Of a stretch of 64,000 nt of DNA, positions 22,701-34,599 are shown in pieces. The DNA is from Torpedo marmorata (Eukaryota). The position numbers and the translations under genes are program-made. The notes beneath the pieces were generated by a model. The model made no database searches. It had not been told where the DNA came from and saw only the letters and a list, made by a program, of their open reading frames with translations. Numbering within the stretch: the first letter of the stretch is position 1; each line of letters starts with the position of its first letter. The stretch covers positions 107,508,001 through 107,572,000 of the forward strand of contig OZ360222.1 of the NCBI GenBank assembly GCA_977017645.1. Direction: 5' to 3'.

Positions 22701-23951
22701 TAATTTGGATAGAGTCCATGCTCTTTATTATCAAGGCTCCTTACATTTGAATTCCTTGGTACAGAACAGCTTTGTCACTAACCCCTTAACTCTAGTTTGA
22801 TAGAAACTCTGATAGAAAGATCAGTGATAAAAATCGCAGTTTTTTGTGGACTTTTCATCAATCTGCAGCAACAATAATCTTAAAAGAATTTAACAAAATG
22901 CTTTTCATCAAATCGTACAGGTTTTCGGAGACAGATTCTCTCCGATGAACTCAGGCAAAAAGGTGCATTTATTTCTCCTGTTTCTGTAGTGACAATGCTC
23001 AGTGCCTTAAGCAATTAAGACAAATTCCTCAATACATTAAAGTGCTGCAGGATTACCAATGGTCATTAGTGAGGGAAAGGGAACATTATGTTCCTTGCTC
23101 CAAAGTGAAAAGTAACTGTTTATCTCAAACTGTAAAATGACAGGTTTAATTCAGTAGTATTGAACTATTTTGTTGAGAAGAGGGCATGATGCCAAAATCA
23201 AGTCATTCTAACTGCTTTGCAGACACACAACAGCAGAGCAAACAACGTGGCATGGAGCACCTTTATAGCAGGATTTTTTTCTCCTACCTATCCAACCCCT
23301 TCCTTCACTCTGGTCTTCAATTCTTAACACATAAAAAGGGGGAAAAACATAAATTATCCATTAGATTTCATCGTATCTTACTAATGCAATTACATCAAGA
23401 ATATGATAGCGCGTGTGGAATCAATTATGCATACACTTGGACCAGGACCAAAGGCTACGAAGTCAGATAGGACTGCGCACACGGAAAAAAAAAAAACTGG
23501 AACTCACAGATGGACCCCATCAGTTCATCTTACTGTCGAAAAAGTTCATGCACTTAATAATTTATTTGTGTTCTGGATACTGTTTCGCCAATGAATATTA
23601 ACAACTCTGAAGCATGCTTTCAGCATAGCAGAAATGGAGGAAGTGGCGGCTTGCTGGTTTTGACTACAGCATCTTTGGGAAAAGAGCCACAGTGGCAGCT
23701 TCTGTGCTAATGCAGAAAACATGATCAAAAGTGATTAACAACAGCTTCGTATGCAAATTACATTAATAAAGGAGTGCAAAGTCATCATGTAAATTAAATA
23801 TGTCAAATCTCTTGGTGAACTTTCAATCTTGAGGAAAGAGACACTGCTTTAATTTACAACATCAATTTTCCAAGATCGGAAATACTCAAATCTTGGCGAT
23901 ACAAACAATATTCACCTTTTCTTCTGCAGTATTCTGACAAGCCCGTCTGAT

Positions 23952-24147
23952 NNNNNNNNNNNNNNNNNNNNNNNNNNNNNNNNNNNNNNNNNNNNNNNNN
24001 NNNNNNNNNNNNNNNNNNNNNNNNNNNNNNNNNNNNNNNNNNNNNNNNNNNNNNNNNNNNNNNNNNNNNNNNNNNNNNNNNNNNNNNNNNNNNNNNNNNN
24101 NNNNNNNNNNNNNNNNNNNNNNNNNNNNNNNNNNNNNNNNNNNNNNN
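23952..24147. other. Assembly gap
   Basis: Run of N. Confidence 1.
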
Positions 24148-27100
24148 CAGCAAGATTCATCCAGGAAGCGCAGGTTGTTCTAAGCTATTTCTTTAAGTTT
24201 TTTTTTATATGCAAAAATATTAGGTCCGTTAATCTCAGCTTGCTACAAATAAGGATCCTCAAGACAAGTCACAGGAACAATAAAAGCACCAGAATAATGA
24301 CATGCATTGGCATCCATGAACCAAAATTCACATTCGGAAACCTACCAATAGATAAACTAACAATCTTGTAAAAAGCACAAATAGATTAAAAACCACCCAC
24401 ATGACAATTGGCTAACCGTGAATGCTATGATGGAATATAGCATATGGCGCAACATTTATAATCATCTTTAATTGTAGGGTATCAGACAACAGCTATCTCC
24501 ACAACAAGATATACCATGAGCAAATAAATAATTTAAAATTTTGGGTGGTTTCATCATCTGTCCATACACATGGATGGATGCCCACATCATACCTCACAGT
24601 GCCCAATGCTTCTCAGCGCATTTTCTGCATTTCCAAAAACACTCAGCAGAATTCCGTCTTACACAGGAAAAGGGCAATGAGGAGAACAGATACAATGGTT
24701 TGGTGGAAAAATATAGATCAAAATTTATCAAGGTTCTTTGATACTTAATTTGTGACTGCATAAATATTCGCATTGTGGAGCGCATTGCCCACTAGTCTCG
24801 CTTTTACATCACGGTCCATCAAGGAACTCTGCAATCACCACACCCGTGAACAGGGCTGTGGAAATGAAGAGGAAATGACAAGCAGCTGCTCCATCAAATA
24901 GCCACAGTTATTTGAGCATTTCAAAGGAAAACCCAGGAGTAACAAGAGCAAAACACTTGTGGCCACACGTTCTTCTGAACAGATTGCTGCTCTTGGATGT
25001 TAACAGCATTCCAAGAATAAGACAGCTTCCCAAGTGCAGAGCATTTCATTGTCTAAATATCATGAAGTGGGGTAGACCCGTCTCTTCATCTTTCTCATTG
25101 ATAGTTCTGACCATTTCTCTAACTAAACAATCATTGTATCGTAGTGTGATCAAATATACACAAAATAAACAACTGCTGTTAAAAAACAGCTAATTCAATA
25201 CAAACATCTTGCTTTCATGGCAAAGAGAATATCTTCCTCTCCTGTTTCCTATACCTTTCCCTCCCCTATGTCCAAAACCACATATGTATTAAAGTTACAA
25301 AAGATGTTTATTTGATTGACCAAGTAATATTCTCCCCATCTTAATTAAACAATACTACATCAAACTGCCAGAAAAAAGGTCAAACTTCCCATTTAATTGC
25401 ATTCAGAACTATGTTAACATCATACTGAATTAACGCCAGCAAACTAGTGTCATACTTGGTAGCCAAAACACATGACAATTCCTTTAGGCAAAATATTTAA
25501 AATGATGATGATTTCTTATTTTGTAGCAAAATTTAACTGATGTTTTTTGTAGGAAAAGAGCTGCTCAAATATACACAGACTCCAATATAACAAACACGAC
25601 AGGCAAATTTCACTTTCGTGGGAAAAAAATTGGCAATGGCAACGCATATTGTAAAATTAATTTATCATGAGCGAATATTCATCATGTAACTGTGAAACTC
25701 TTCAGAAGAATTTTCATTTGTTTAAAAAGATCTGTGCCCATTTCCCAAAAGGCGCCACGCCCAGAGCTGCCATTTCTAGTCTAGCGCAATATTGCAGTGC
25801 ACTCATGAATAACATTAATATTACAGCATGGCATCTCACACGACATTTACATGATCCCATCTGAGCTTACACCTGAGGGCCACACTCAGGCTTAGTAATT
25901 GAGCTCTGATTGTAAAGGCAAATGAAGAACACTAAAATCCTGCTGGGATCTACATTGACCTCTTTCCTACCTGCACCTTGCTCTTTCCAGTACCAAGATG
26001 GTTCTCAGACAGTGAATAAGAACATATTAGGACACAGTTGTCAAATCAATATGGGATGGGGTGAGGTGGGCAGGGGGTTGGGGGGGGGGGGTGCGCAGGG
26101 GATTGCCAGTGCAGAGAAAGGGGGAGAAGAGAATATCAGGAATATCATAAAATGAGTGGAACACAGCGGGCCTGGTATGCACTGCTGCGCCAGTGTTCAA
26201 TATTAAACTAGCACAGAGCATGAAGCTGAATACTTAAGATACCCAGTGCTTTGAGCTTTTGGGAAAAAGGTGGCATGATGCCAGGAAATGGCCGACTAGG
26301 CACTAAATGCTTTTATTTCACAAAGCTTGCCAATAAGTATGTAAAATTTTTGACAGTGAATTGTTCTCTGCTAAGTAAAGCAGTTCTTTTGATCACATTT
26401 TATAACTGAAAATATATTCCAAAAAAAAATTATTTTTTTTTTAAACCTTTATCAAGGGCAAATTATCACAAAAAGAACAGAGTGCAGGCACCCTGACTGG
26501 GTTGGTGTCAGTCAACAGCCGCTGATTACCAAGGTTAATAAACCATTCACCACATTAGGATACTGGTCTTGCTTCTACTTTTAACAAAACTGGAATTACA
26601 TACAGCTTTCAACTGAACACAAACTAATTAAAGAAATCGAGTAACAATTTTCAAATAAATTTAAGTAACAAAAAAAACTTTTAATGATCAGTCTATTTTA
26701 TATAATGCAAGCTCATGGATGTACTGCAATATTTATTGCCTTTATGCAATATTTCATAACAAGGTAATAACTATCTTGACTAAAATTTTAACAGGTTCCT
26801 GGGAACCCTATTCAATACATTGTTAATATGAGCCGTGAAACTACATCAGATTTGTCACAAAACATTCAAACTTTTCCCAAACACTACAAATAAAGATGTG
26901 ACAGCACAGAGAGTACTAGGGCGTATGAATGCAATTTGTACTTATGGGAACATTTATAATGTTTGGTGTTTTATTTTATTTTACCACATTGATCAGAATT
27001 TAAATATTCAATGTGGTAAAATTCATATACATAAAAGATTTACAGAACATTTATCATTTGAAAATAGTCTTCAAGAGACAACACATTTCATTTTCATGAA

Positions 27101-28281
27101 TGAAGTGGCTCTTACACTGCATTCAGGAGTCTAAATTCCTGCTGTGCAAGTGCAGGTTTGTGTGTCTGTTGTCCAACACATTCAAAGCTACTGTGCACTC
27201 TACTGGCTTTTAGGCTCTGCTCGATGCAACCTTGATCTCATCTGTTTGAGGGTATCTGAATGGTACATCTCTTGAGCTGCTTTCCTCAATATATAAATAG
27301 GTGGTTGCATTACTCTAGAAATAGTCCATATTTGGCTATTTAGCATGGCTTTTTCTGTCTCCAAAGGCTAGAAGCCCCTTCCGACAAACTCTTGGTTCAT
27401 TAATCATGCCCTGTATTTGTGTTCATTTTCCTTCACATCTGAGACAATGCATGTAAATGGTCACTGCATTATTTGTCCCCTCAAAGTATCTCCAACCCAC
27501 TTCTCAAAGGAAAATAGCAGCTTCACTTGTGTAGGAATAATAATGCAACCCACTGCCTATCGCACAAAAAAGGTAGAAACATAATTTATCTAAAGCAGCT
27601 GGTTGTAACAAACATTTTGTTCTAAATAAATGCAATTTTCTGGTATAGGGTGAGTATCTTCCTATATAATTGGCTATCATTAAATAAATATAATCTGCAA
27701 TGCACATTTTATCTTATTTTTGGGGGAAGGTATTAACATCTTTGATTGAAGCAGCTATGTAAGCAAAACATGGCCACATTCAGCTTTAAAAATTACTAAC
27801 TTAATGTGCACAAAGATTTAAGATTTTGTTTAAATTGAGAAATAAGTTTTTGACTTTTCCAGACTCTCATTCACCAGGAAATAAACCACATGAATTAACT
27901 AATAAATTTTATCTCAGATAACAACATTTTCATAATAAGTAGCTTAATTTCCAACTTAGACATTAAAAAGGAGCTGACCTAGAATGTAATAACTAAAACA
28001 ACTCTTATTTTGTATCATCATAAATTGCTTGCAAAGAGCATTTCTGGAGATTTAGTTATTTCAAATCAGTCATAATTTACTTACAAGCCAAAAGCCTTCA
28101 AATTTTCTTTAATATTATCACTCTTAATAGTTTAAATAAACCACAAAACAAAGAACGATAATGTTAAAAAAAAAAAACAAATATAAAGAGAAAGATTGCT
28201 ATCAAATTTCTGTATTGGCTCAAAGAAAACAAGTGAATGAAGGTTTGACATCATTTCTCAAGAGAATATGAGAAATACTGT

Positions 28282-28420
28282 GAGGTGGAAGGACCTGGGA
28301 ATGGGCAGCACAAGACAGAAAGGGAGGTGGAAGGACCTGGGAATGGGCAGCACAAGACAGAAAGACTGTGCGAGGTGGAAGGACCTGGGAATGGGCAGCA
28401 CAAGACAGAAAGGGAGGTGG
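28282..28420. repeat. ~41-bp tandem repeat, 3 copies plus a partial
   Basis: GAGGTGGAAGGACCTGGGAATGGGCAGCACAAGACAGAAAG at 28282, 28324 and 28372. Confidence 0.95.
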
Positions 28421-29100
28421 AGTGGACACACGTTTAAAAGGTGAGAGCGAGAGATATCAGCGAGAAAGAAACAGAGAAAGAGGAAGTGGGGTTGGAGCGT
28501 CTGAAAGATGGACAGGTGCGTACCTGGAAGAGGTGATATAGAGCAAAACGCCCAGAGAAAAGGAATACACAAGTGAGGGGCAGCAGGCAAGAAGCAGAGG
28601 GAGTGTACAAACATATACGAAAGCGGAGCACAAGAACAGAAACTGGCATATGAGAAAGAGCGTGAAGGGGTATGCATGCAAGAGATCCTGAATTTATGCA
28701 AGCACCTAACAGCAACAGAGGAGAGCAGAAGCAGGAGATGCAGGAGGGAGAGGAAGGGTGTACACGTACAGGAGGGATGGGGAAGCAAAAGCATGAGAGA
28801 ACAGCATTGCACACGGGAGAGAGAGAGAAGGCGAAGAGAAGAGAGAGAGCATGAGCGAACAAGGAGAGAGAGAGACACAGCACCTATACACGAGGGTGTG
28901 TGCACATGAGGTGGGGATAAGAGAGGGCACGTACTCAACAGATAGAGAAAGAGATTTAGAGAGACTATGAGATTGAGTTAGAGGGAGAGAGACAGTGTGC
29001 CGAGAGACAGACAGAGACAGTGCATGCTGAAAGAAAGTAATACAGAGAGAGTGCGAGCGAGGTTGAGTGGGAGAGCACAAGAAAAGGTGCGAGAGTGAAA
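28420..29100. repeat. GA-rich low-complexity tract
   Basis: Strong purine bias on the + strand with interrupted (GA)n. Confidence 0.75.
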
Positions 29101-29534
29101 TGTTGCACAGGATACCAAAAAAGAAAAATCAAGATACATCTGTCAGAACCACATCAGCAACAGAGTACGAGAGCCATTTATCATTCCACTGAGGAGTCGG
29201 TGCATTGAGTGGACTTTCCTATCAAACCAACCTTTGAAATTTCCAACATGCCCTTAAACTTTTGAATAAGCAAGTCTGAGCGCTTCAGTAACTGCCCTCC
29301 TAACTCTGGCCTGGCTGGTATAAATGGCATCTTAAAGTCAAGGTCACCCATGTCACTTTGCCATGGGGCTGTGCTTAATTACAGTGCAATGCTGACAACT
29401 AATATAGACTCAGGACTAGCAGCAGCAGTTTGATTAAAGATAAATAAATAAACAGAATACATCAAGGCATACGTTTTTCTTTTCTCTGCTTGTTTCTGCT
29501 TGTGCAAGTGGAGTGTTTTGTTTGCTTTTTTTAC

Positions 29535-29867
29535 CTGTTGCTGTGCTTTCCTGTTTGGGGCAAACTCCCTTGGATGACGTAGAGAGACAATCGTCATCGT
29601 CTGGTGTGACCTGGATGCCAACCTCAACAGGTGTGGATGCCTTTTTGAGTTCACTGGGAGAAGGCGACGGTGGCTTATCCACAGCTTTGTCCAGACAGAG
29701 GCCGCCATTGCATTGCTTCCTTTTGTGCTCAATAAAGATTAGAATGTCCCCCAGTGGGAAATTCATCTGACACTGGCCACAGGTAAGGAGGTCGTGGTCA
29801 CCCTCAGGAGCTCCCAAGGTGCCATGCTCCTCTTCATCATCCGTGAGAATGTCTTCAAGGGAATCAG
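29535..29867 (-). CDS. BCL11A: BCL11A coding exon 2 (333 nt; C2HC zinc finger ZF0)
   Basis: Acceptor ctttgctgtag|CTGAT (AG at 29869-29868) and donor ACAG|GTAAAA (GT at 29534-29533), phase 1-1. Translation (P)[110 protein letters not shown] closely matches human BCL11A exon 2 as I recall it. Confidence 0.97.
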
Positions 29868-29947
29868 CTACAGCAAAGACAAACAGGAGAGGAAAATTAT
29901 GAAAATCAGTTGATTCTTCTTAGCAAATTTATGCATCATCAAACTTC

Positions 29948-30025
29948 ACCCCCCCTCCCCCACCACCCCCCTCCCCCACCACCCCCCTCCCCCACCACCT
30001 CCCCCCCCCCCCCCCCACTTTCCCC
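29948..30025 (-). repeat. G-run tract (G-quadruplex-capable) on the BCL11A sense strand
   Basis: The + strand has repeated CCCCCCTCCCCCACCA units and a long C run. Confidence 0.75.
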
Positions 30026-33000
30026 ACAGTAACAGGTCTAGTTAACACAAATAGCTGTGTTTAGAGCACGGGGATCACTGTATGCATCTCAGAAATTTAT
30101 CACAGCATAGCAATAACTGGGCATAAACATATAAACATCAAGTTTTCAAAATTACTTAATTTGATTTCAAACAAATGAGCTCCTTCACACAAACAAAAAC
30201 ACACCAGAACAGCAGAAGAAATTTCACAAGAATTCCCAACAGATGAACTGAGTTCTGTAGGAAATGCTGGTAATTTAAATTATAGCACAAGTACAGTCAA
30301 AGTCATTTCAGATCTTTTTCTTCATCAAAATAAATTTTAGTCATTTAAAAATTTTAAAAATTATAGAAATTATGTGGCTTGATTGGCACTAAGGAATTGG
30401 CTTGATTATATCGATTGTAGTGGCCATATAAACCAGCAGGCTGCTTTACATTGCATGGCTTCAAATACCCATACTTAGGATATCCTTTGTGATGGAAGCT
30501 CTTTCCTCCCTTGCTGTTTTTGTTAAATGCTTCCTATCAAAACCCAAATAACCATTTAGTCTGCACTTAGCACAAACATTATTAAATTATTTTATCATAA
30601 ACATTAATACCATTGAAATGGTTTCCCTTCATATGCAAGGTATCGTAACCTCCTTTCACAGAATGTCAACAAATTGGTTTTAATTACACAAAGCCACAAA
30701 GAATCACACATCCATTTTGGACTTGCATTAGAGACTTCTAACATATATATCTATAGGTTTCTGATCCCCGCAGGTGAAGTTTGCTTTCTGGTAGTGAAAG
30801 AGATAATCAATTTTATCGCATACATTTCATGACAACTTAAATTTAATGTGAATACGTCTCACCGACTTTCACACACCTGGCAACCAACTTTGACATTAAA
30901 GTGTCTACTATCCAGAAAATTACGTTAATCAAATACACAATTTGCATTGCAAGACTTTTATGTATGTCGTTAAGATAAAATATTTGCATAAAAAGTGCAA
31001 ATGCATGTCCACCAATAACTTGATTTAATTTAAAAGAATCAAGACAATTAAATAGAATTTGCACCAGCACTTAATAGGAAATATACTGTGTAACTATGAA
31101 GATACCGTGAAAACTTGATTTTAAGATTTTGAAAGCAAAAAGTACTAAGGAATGGGAAGGAGATGATGCAAAAATATTTCAGTTTATCCTCTGAATTTTT
31201 CACAATCTATTACTGAAACATTTTGAATAGGAATTTATTTTTCTATCATCTCTTGTTTTGAACCCGTGGTGAGGGTAAGCCCTCAGAAAAAAATAAACAT
31301 AACAAGCTGAAATATAATTACTGAATAGGCTGCAATCCAGAAAATCAGCCCCATAATTTTGCCATTGGATTTGAAACAGCAATAAATATTCATTATTAAG
31401 CAATAGCATGTGTATTTATATCTACATACAGTTACTGTTTCGTCCATGAGATTCCCCTTCACCAAATTAATGGCTTTCTTGCTGCAAAATATTATAATTC
31501 CATACTTCAACACTTATGAGTCCTGCTTTATGCATTTGAAGATGCAATGTCATTGCTGTAGACTCGGCTGATACTGAGAGGTTGATTTTGTGCTTTGAGA
31601 GTTTTCAATGAGAAATGGTATATCGTCCTTGACAATATAAAAATAGAAATTACACCGCTTCAAATCGCAAGAACAAATATTTTATTTCTATATGATAACA
31701 AAACGGGTTGAAATTTGCTTTTGGTTATTTTGAATGATTACTGAGTGTAATGAAGAATTGCACACAGTACAATTCAGACACTCGCATACACTGGAGGCAG
31801 ACGTCTTGAACACTTTTACATTCAGCTTCCAATAAAACTGAAAGCATTTTTAAAATATTTCATATTATTGACTCGCCAGCACTACCTCGAGTCTCAGCTG
31901 TCAAAATCTATTCAAACAATATCACTGTGTTTTTCCCTCTGAGTAGAGGCTTCCGCACCATTTTTGAGCGAATCTACAACGATATTGTGCGAACCATCAT
32001 GTTTTTTTTCTACAAAATATAATTTTGCAAAACTGTTGGGAAGTGCTGATTCGAAAGGGTTTGCGAATGAAAATAAAAGTTACGAACGATGCAGTGCAGA
32101 GCAAAATCTATTGCCACTGTGGGTGAGAGAAAGCAATAGAAACCGAGAGGAGTCGTTCTTGACAAACTAACACTTGCTCGCCGAAGCTCCAGTTACCCTC
32201 ATTGTTTCGGGCTTGTGTTCTGTTTCAAAGCCTTTTCCGCAATAATAAAACCATCAGCGAACACTGAACTCCGCACACGTGCATCAAAGCAAAGGATTTA
32301 CACAAACTGAACCGTTTTATATTCGCAATTGTATTTAAGAAAACGGCTGGTTTTCTTTTGATCTCGATTTCTAATTATGAGATGAGGTGCTGCAAATGAA
32401 AAAACTGAATTCAGATTTCCTTTAAAAAATAACTGATTATTTTTTTTTATTCGGTCATCGATTTTAAACACACGGTGAAGTTCCGGCCAGTTTATCCCAG
32501 TGTGCGGAGCCCTCATTCAGTTGAGCTTCAAACAATTCCTTTACCTGAAATACCATCAGATAGAAAACGGCCACTGAAGCGGAGAGGGTTTTGGGGTGGG
32601 GGTGGGGAGAGAGTTTCAATTTCTTTTTTTTTTTGATGGGGTGAGTGTGAAGAGAAGAAACCAGAACAGTTAAGACATGGTGTTGAAGTTTGTGTAGCTC
32701 AGCCGAGCGCCTTGTCTTGTTCTTTATGTTATTCTGCCTCCTAGCGACATGAACCGACTACATCGACCTCCCTTCCCTGCTCTCGCACATTAAACAACTT
32801 GACACATCTCTCTCGCTACATAACCACTGTGCCAATACTCTGCACTGACACAATCCAACGCTGACTTAACATAGAAAAATATACAGGAACCTGAAAGCCC
32901 GGCATTTCTTCTGACTGTTACCGTGAAATCACCGTTAGCTTCCATTTATTTCCTTATTGGAAATAAATACACCTTTTCTAAAAACTTGTGTTTTTAAGAA

Positions 33001-34328
33001 GCGTTTAAATGCAAACGAATCTCCTTTAAATTGACACATTATATTCGCCAGGTTGTTGGCGTCTAGCGCGCAAGCCGACCTTTCTCTATTCAGTTGGGGC
33101 AACTGGAAGTCCCTGGAACCGAGGATCGCGATGCAGCGCCACTTCAGTTTCTGGTGAGAAACTAGCGGGGTTTCCCCCGGAAAAAAAAAACATTAAAATT
33201 GTCATCCGCGCATACACACACAGAAAAAAACCTCTCCTCTACCAGCCAAAGAGCTGAACAATTTTCAGGGAGTTTGTGCAGCGGGAGGGTGGGCGGGAGG
33301 CATGGTGGTTGGGAACGCACGGAGCTCCCCCGCCAGAGCGGCGGTCTCCAGGCCAGGCGCCCGTGGACGCTCCGCACCCGGTCCCGGGACCTCGGCGGCT
33401 GCAGAGCGACTCAATGGCACGTGCGCTCAAACCCTGAGAACCTAAAAGTACGTGCCGAGGCTGTGCACATGCCACATAGTTGCATCAACTCCAAATGTTA
33501 ACCATTCCAGCTGAGCTTGCCGATTATTATTCATAATAATGCTATTTATCAGGCGGAGAGTTGCGAGGGTCTGAAGAGAAGGGCAACGGTGGCGACGCCG
33601 GCAACAACGCGCGGGAGCTGGGCTTTGCACAGGAGGTTCCGCACACGCGGAGCCGCAGCTTGTTGTAAACATTCAGCACGAGATTTTTCCCAATCACAAG
33701 CAAGTTGTAGCTTTTTTTTTTTGAAAATCTTCCAAAAACACAACTGAGGACGGAGTCGAAAGTTGAGTGGCAACTAAAGTTAGGGGCATGAGAAAGTCCG
33801 GACGATTTCAGCCCATCTCAGGAGTCGAGTGAAGGTAGAGGGGGGCGGGAGGGGGCAAAAGAAGGCGAATAAAACGCCAAGAGTTCGACAGCGGGGAAAT
33901 CGGGTGCCTTTTGAAGATGGGGGGGGGGGGGGTGGTATGAGGGCTGGAGAATCACTGGTGCAAATTCACTCAATGCCAGAAAGATGGGAGAATTCACGCC
34001 GGGCTGATCGCAAACTCTCCCGAGTTGTACTTGTGGAGAAGAGGGTGACTGTGTGGCTGGGCTGCCGCCCGCCCGCCCGCCGCGCTCGGGTCGGCACCAG
34101 GCTTTGCCCCGCTGCCCTCCCTCTCTCCTCCTGCATCCTCGCTCCCCGCTTGCCCCACTCGTCTCTCCACTCTGGCCGCCCGCTGTCAAGCCTCCAGCGA
34201 CCCTGCGCTCCTGCAGCCATTAACTCTTCTTTCTCCCCCCTACTCTTTACTTTCACATGGGCAACTACACGCTTTTTTTTATAAAATGAGAAAAGTACAA
34301 CAACAACACAAAATCAAAAGATACTTAC

Positions 34329-34383
34329 GTGAAAATTCCCGTTTGCTCAAGTGCTGAGGGTTGCCCTGCTTGCGGCGAGACAT
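34329..34383 (-). CDS. BCL11A: BCL11A coding exon 1 (55 nt; N-terminal NuRD/RBBP4-binding motif)
   Basis: ATG TCT CGC CGC AAG CAG GGC AAC CCT CAG CAC TTG AGC AAA CGG GAA TTT TCA C|GTAAGT = MSRRKQGNPQHLSKREFS. Perfect donor; phase matches exon 2. Confidence 0.97.
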
Positions 34384-34580
34384 GCTCGGTCACATCGGGA
34401 GCGGGAAGAAGGAGACTCCAGAGAAAATATCTTCATCAATGGCTTGACATAAAATAAATTAGAAATAATACAAAGATGGCGGATGGAGATGAATTGTGGG
34501 ATAGCCGTCATGGCTTTAAAACCACCAAGTTCAAGTGCGTACGTGACGTGCCCGCGAACTTGAACGTCAGGAGGTGGCTG
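34384..34580 (-). other. BCL11A: BCL11A 5'UTR (transcription start approximate)
   Basis: The blocks CCTGACGTTCAAGTTCGC, AAGCCATGACGGCT.TCCCACAATTCATC, CGCCATCTTTGTATTATTTCTAATTTATTTT and GATGAAGATATTTTCTCTGGAGTCTCCTTCTT match the human BCL11A leader as I recall it (not aligned computationally). Confidence 0.75.
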
Positions 34581-34599
34581 GGCAGGGCGAGAGGAGAGA

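Noticed and set aside
23854-24160. ORFs spanning N runs (also 52819..53022)
   Set aside because: Artefacts of assembly gaps.
28282-28420. CRISPR-like array
   Set aside because: The repeats abut with only 1-7 nt linkers and have no unique spacers or cas genes; the context is a vertebrate intron.
28258-29080. Leu/Ser/Cys-rich ORFs up to 226 aa
   Set aside because: Products of the (CT)-rich strand and the tandem repeat.
1-29534. BCL11A exon 3 or 4 inside the window
   Set aside because: No ORF resembling DKLLHWRG... or KDEPSSYTC.../C2H2 fingers was found; a short diverged alternative exon cannot be excluded by eye.
33162-34284. Multiple overlapping ORFs in BCL11A intron 1
   Set aside because: Expected from the stop-poor CpG island; no coherent protein motifs or splice structure.
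29535-34383. BCL11B rather than BCL11A
   Set aside because: Despite N8, [30 protein letters not shown], the 55-nt first coding exon and the leader sequence are all BCL11A-type.
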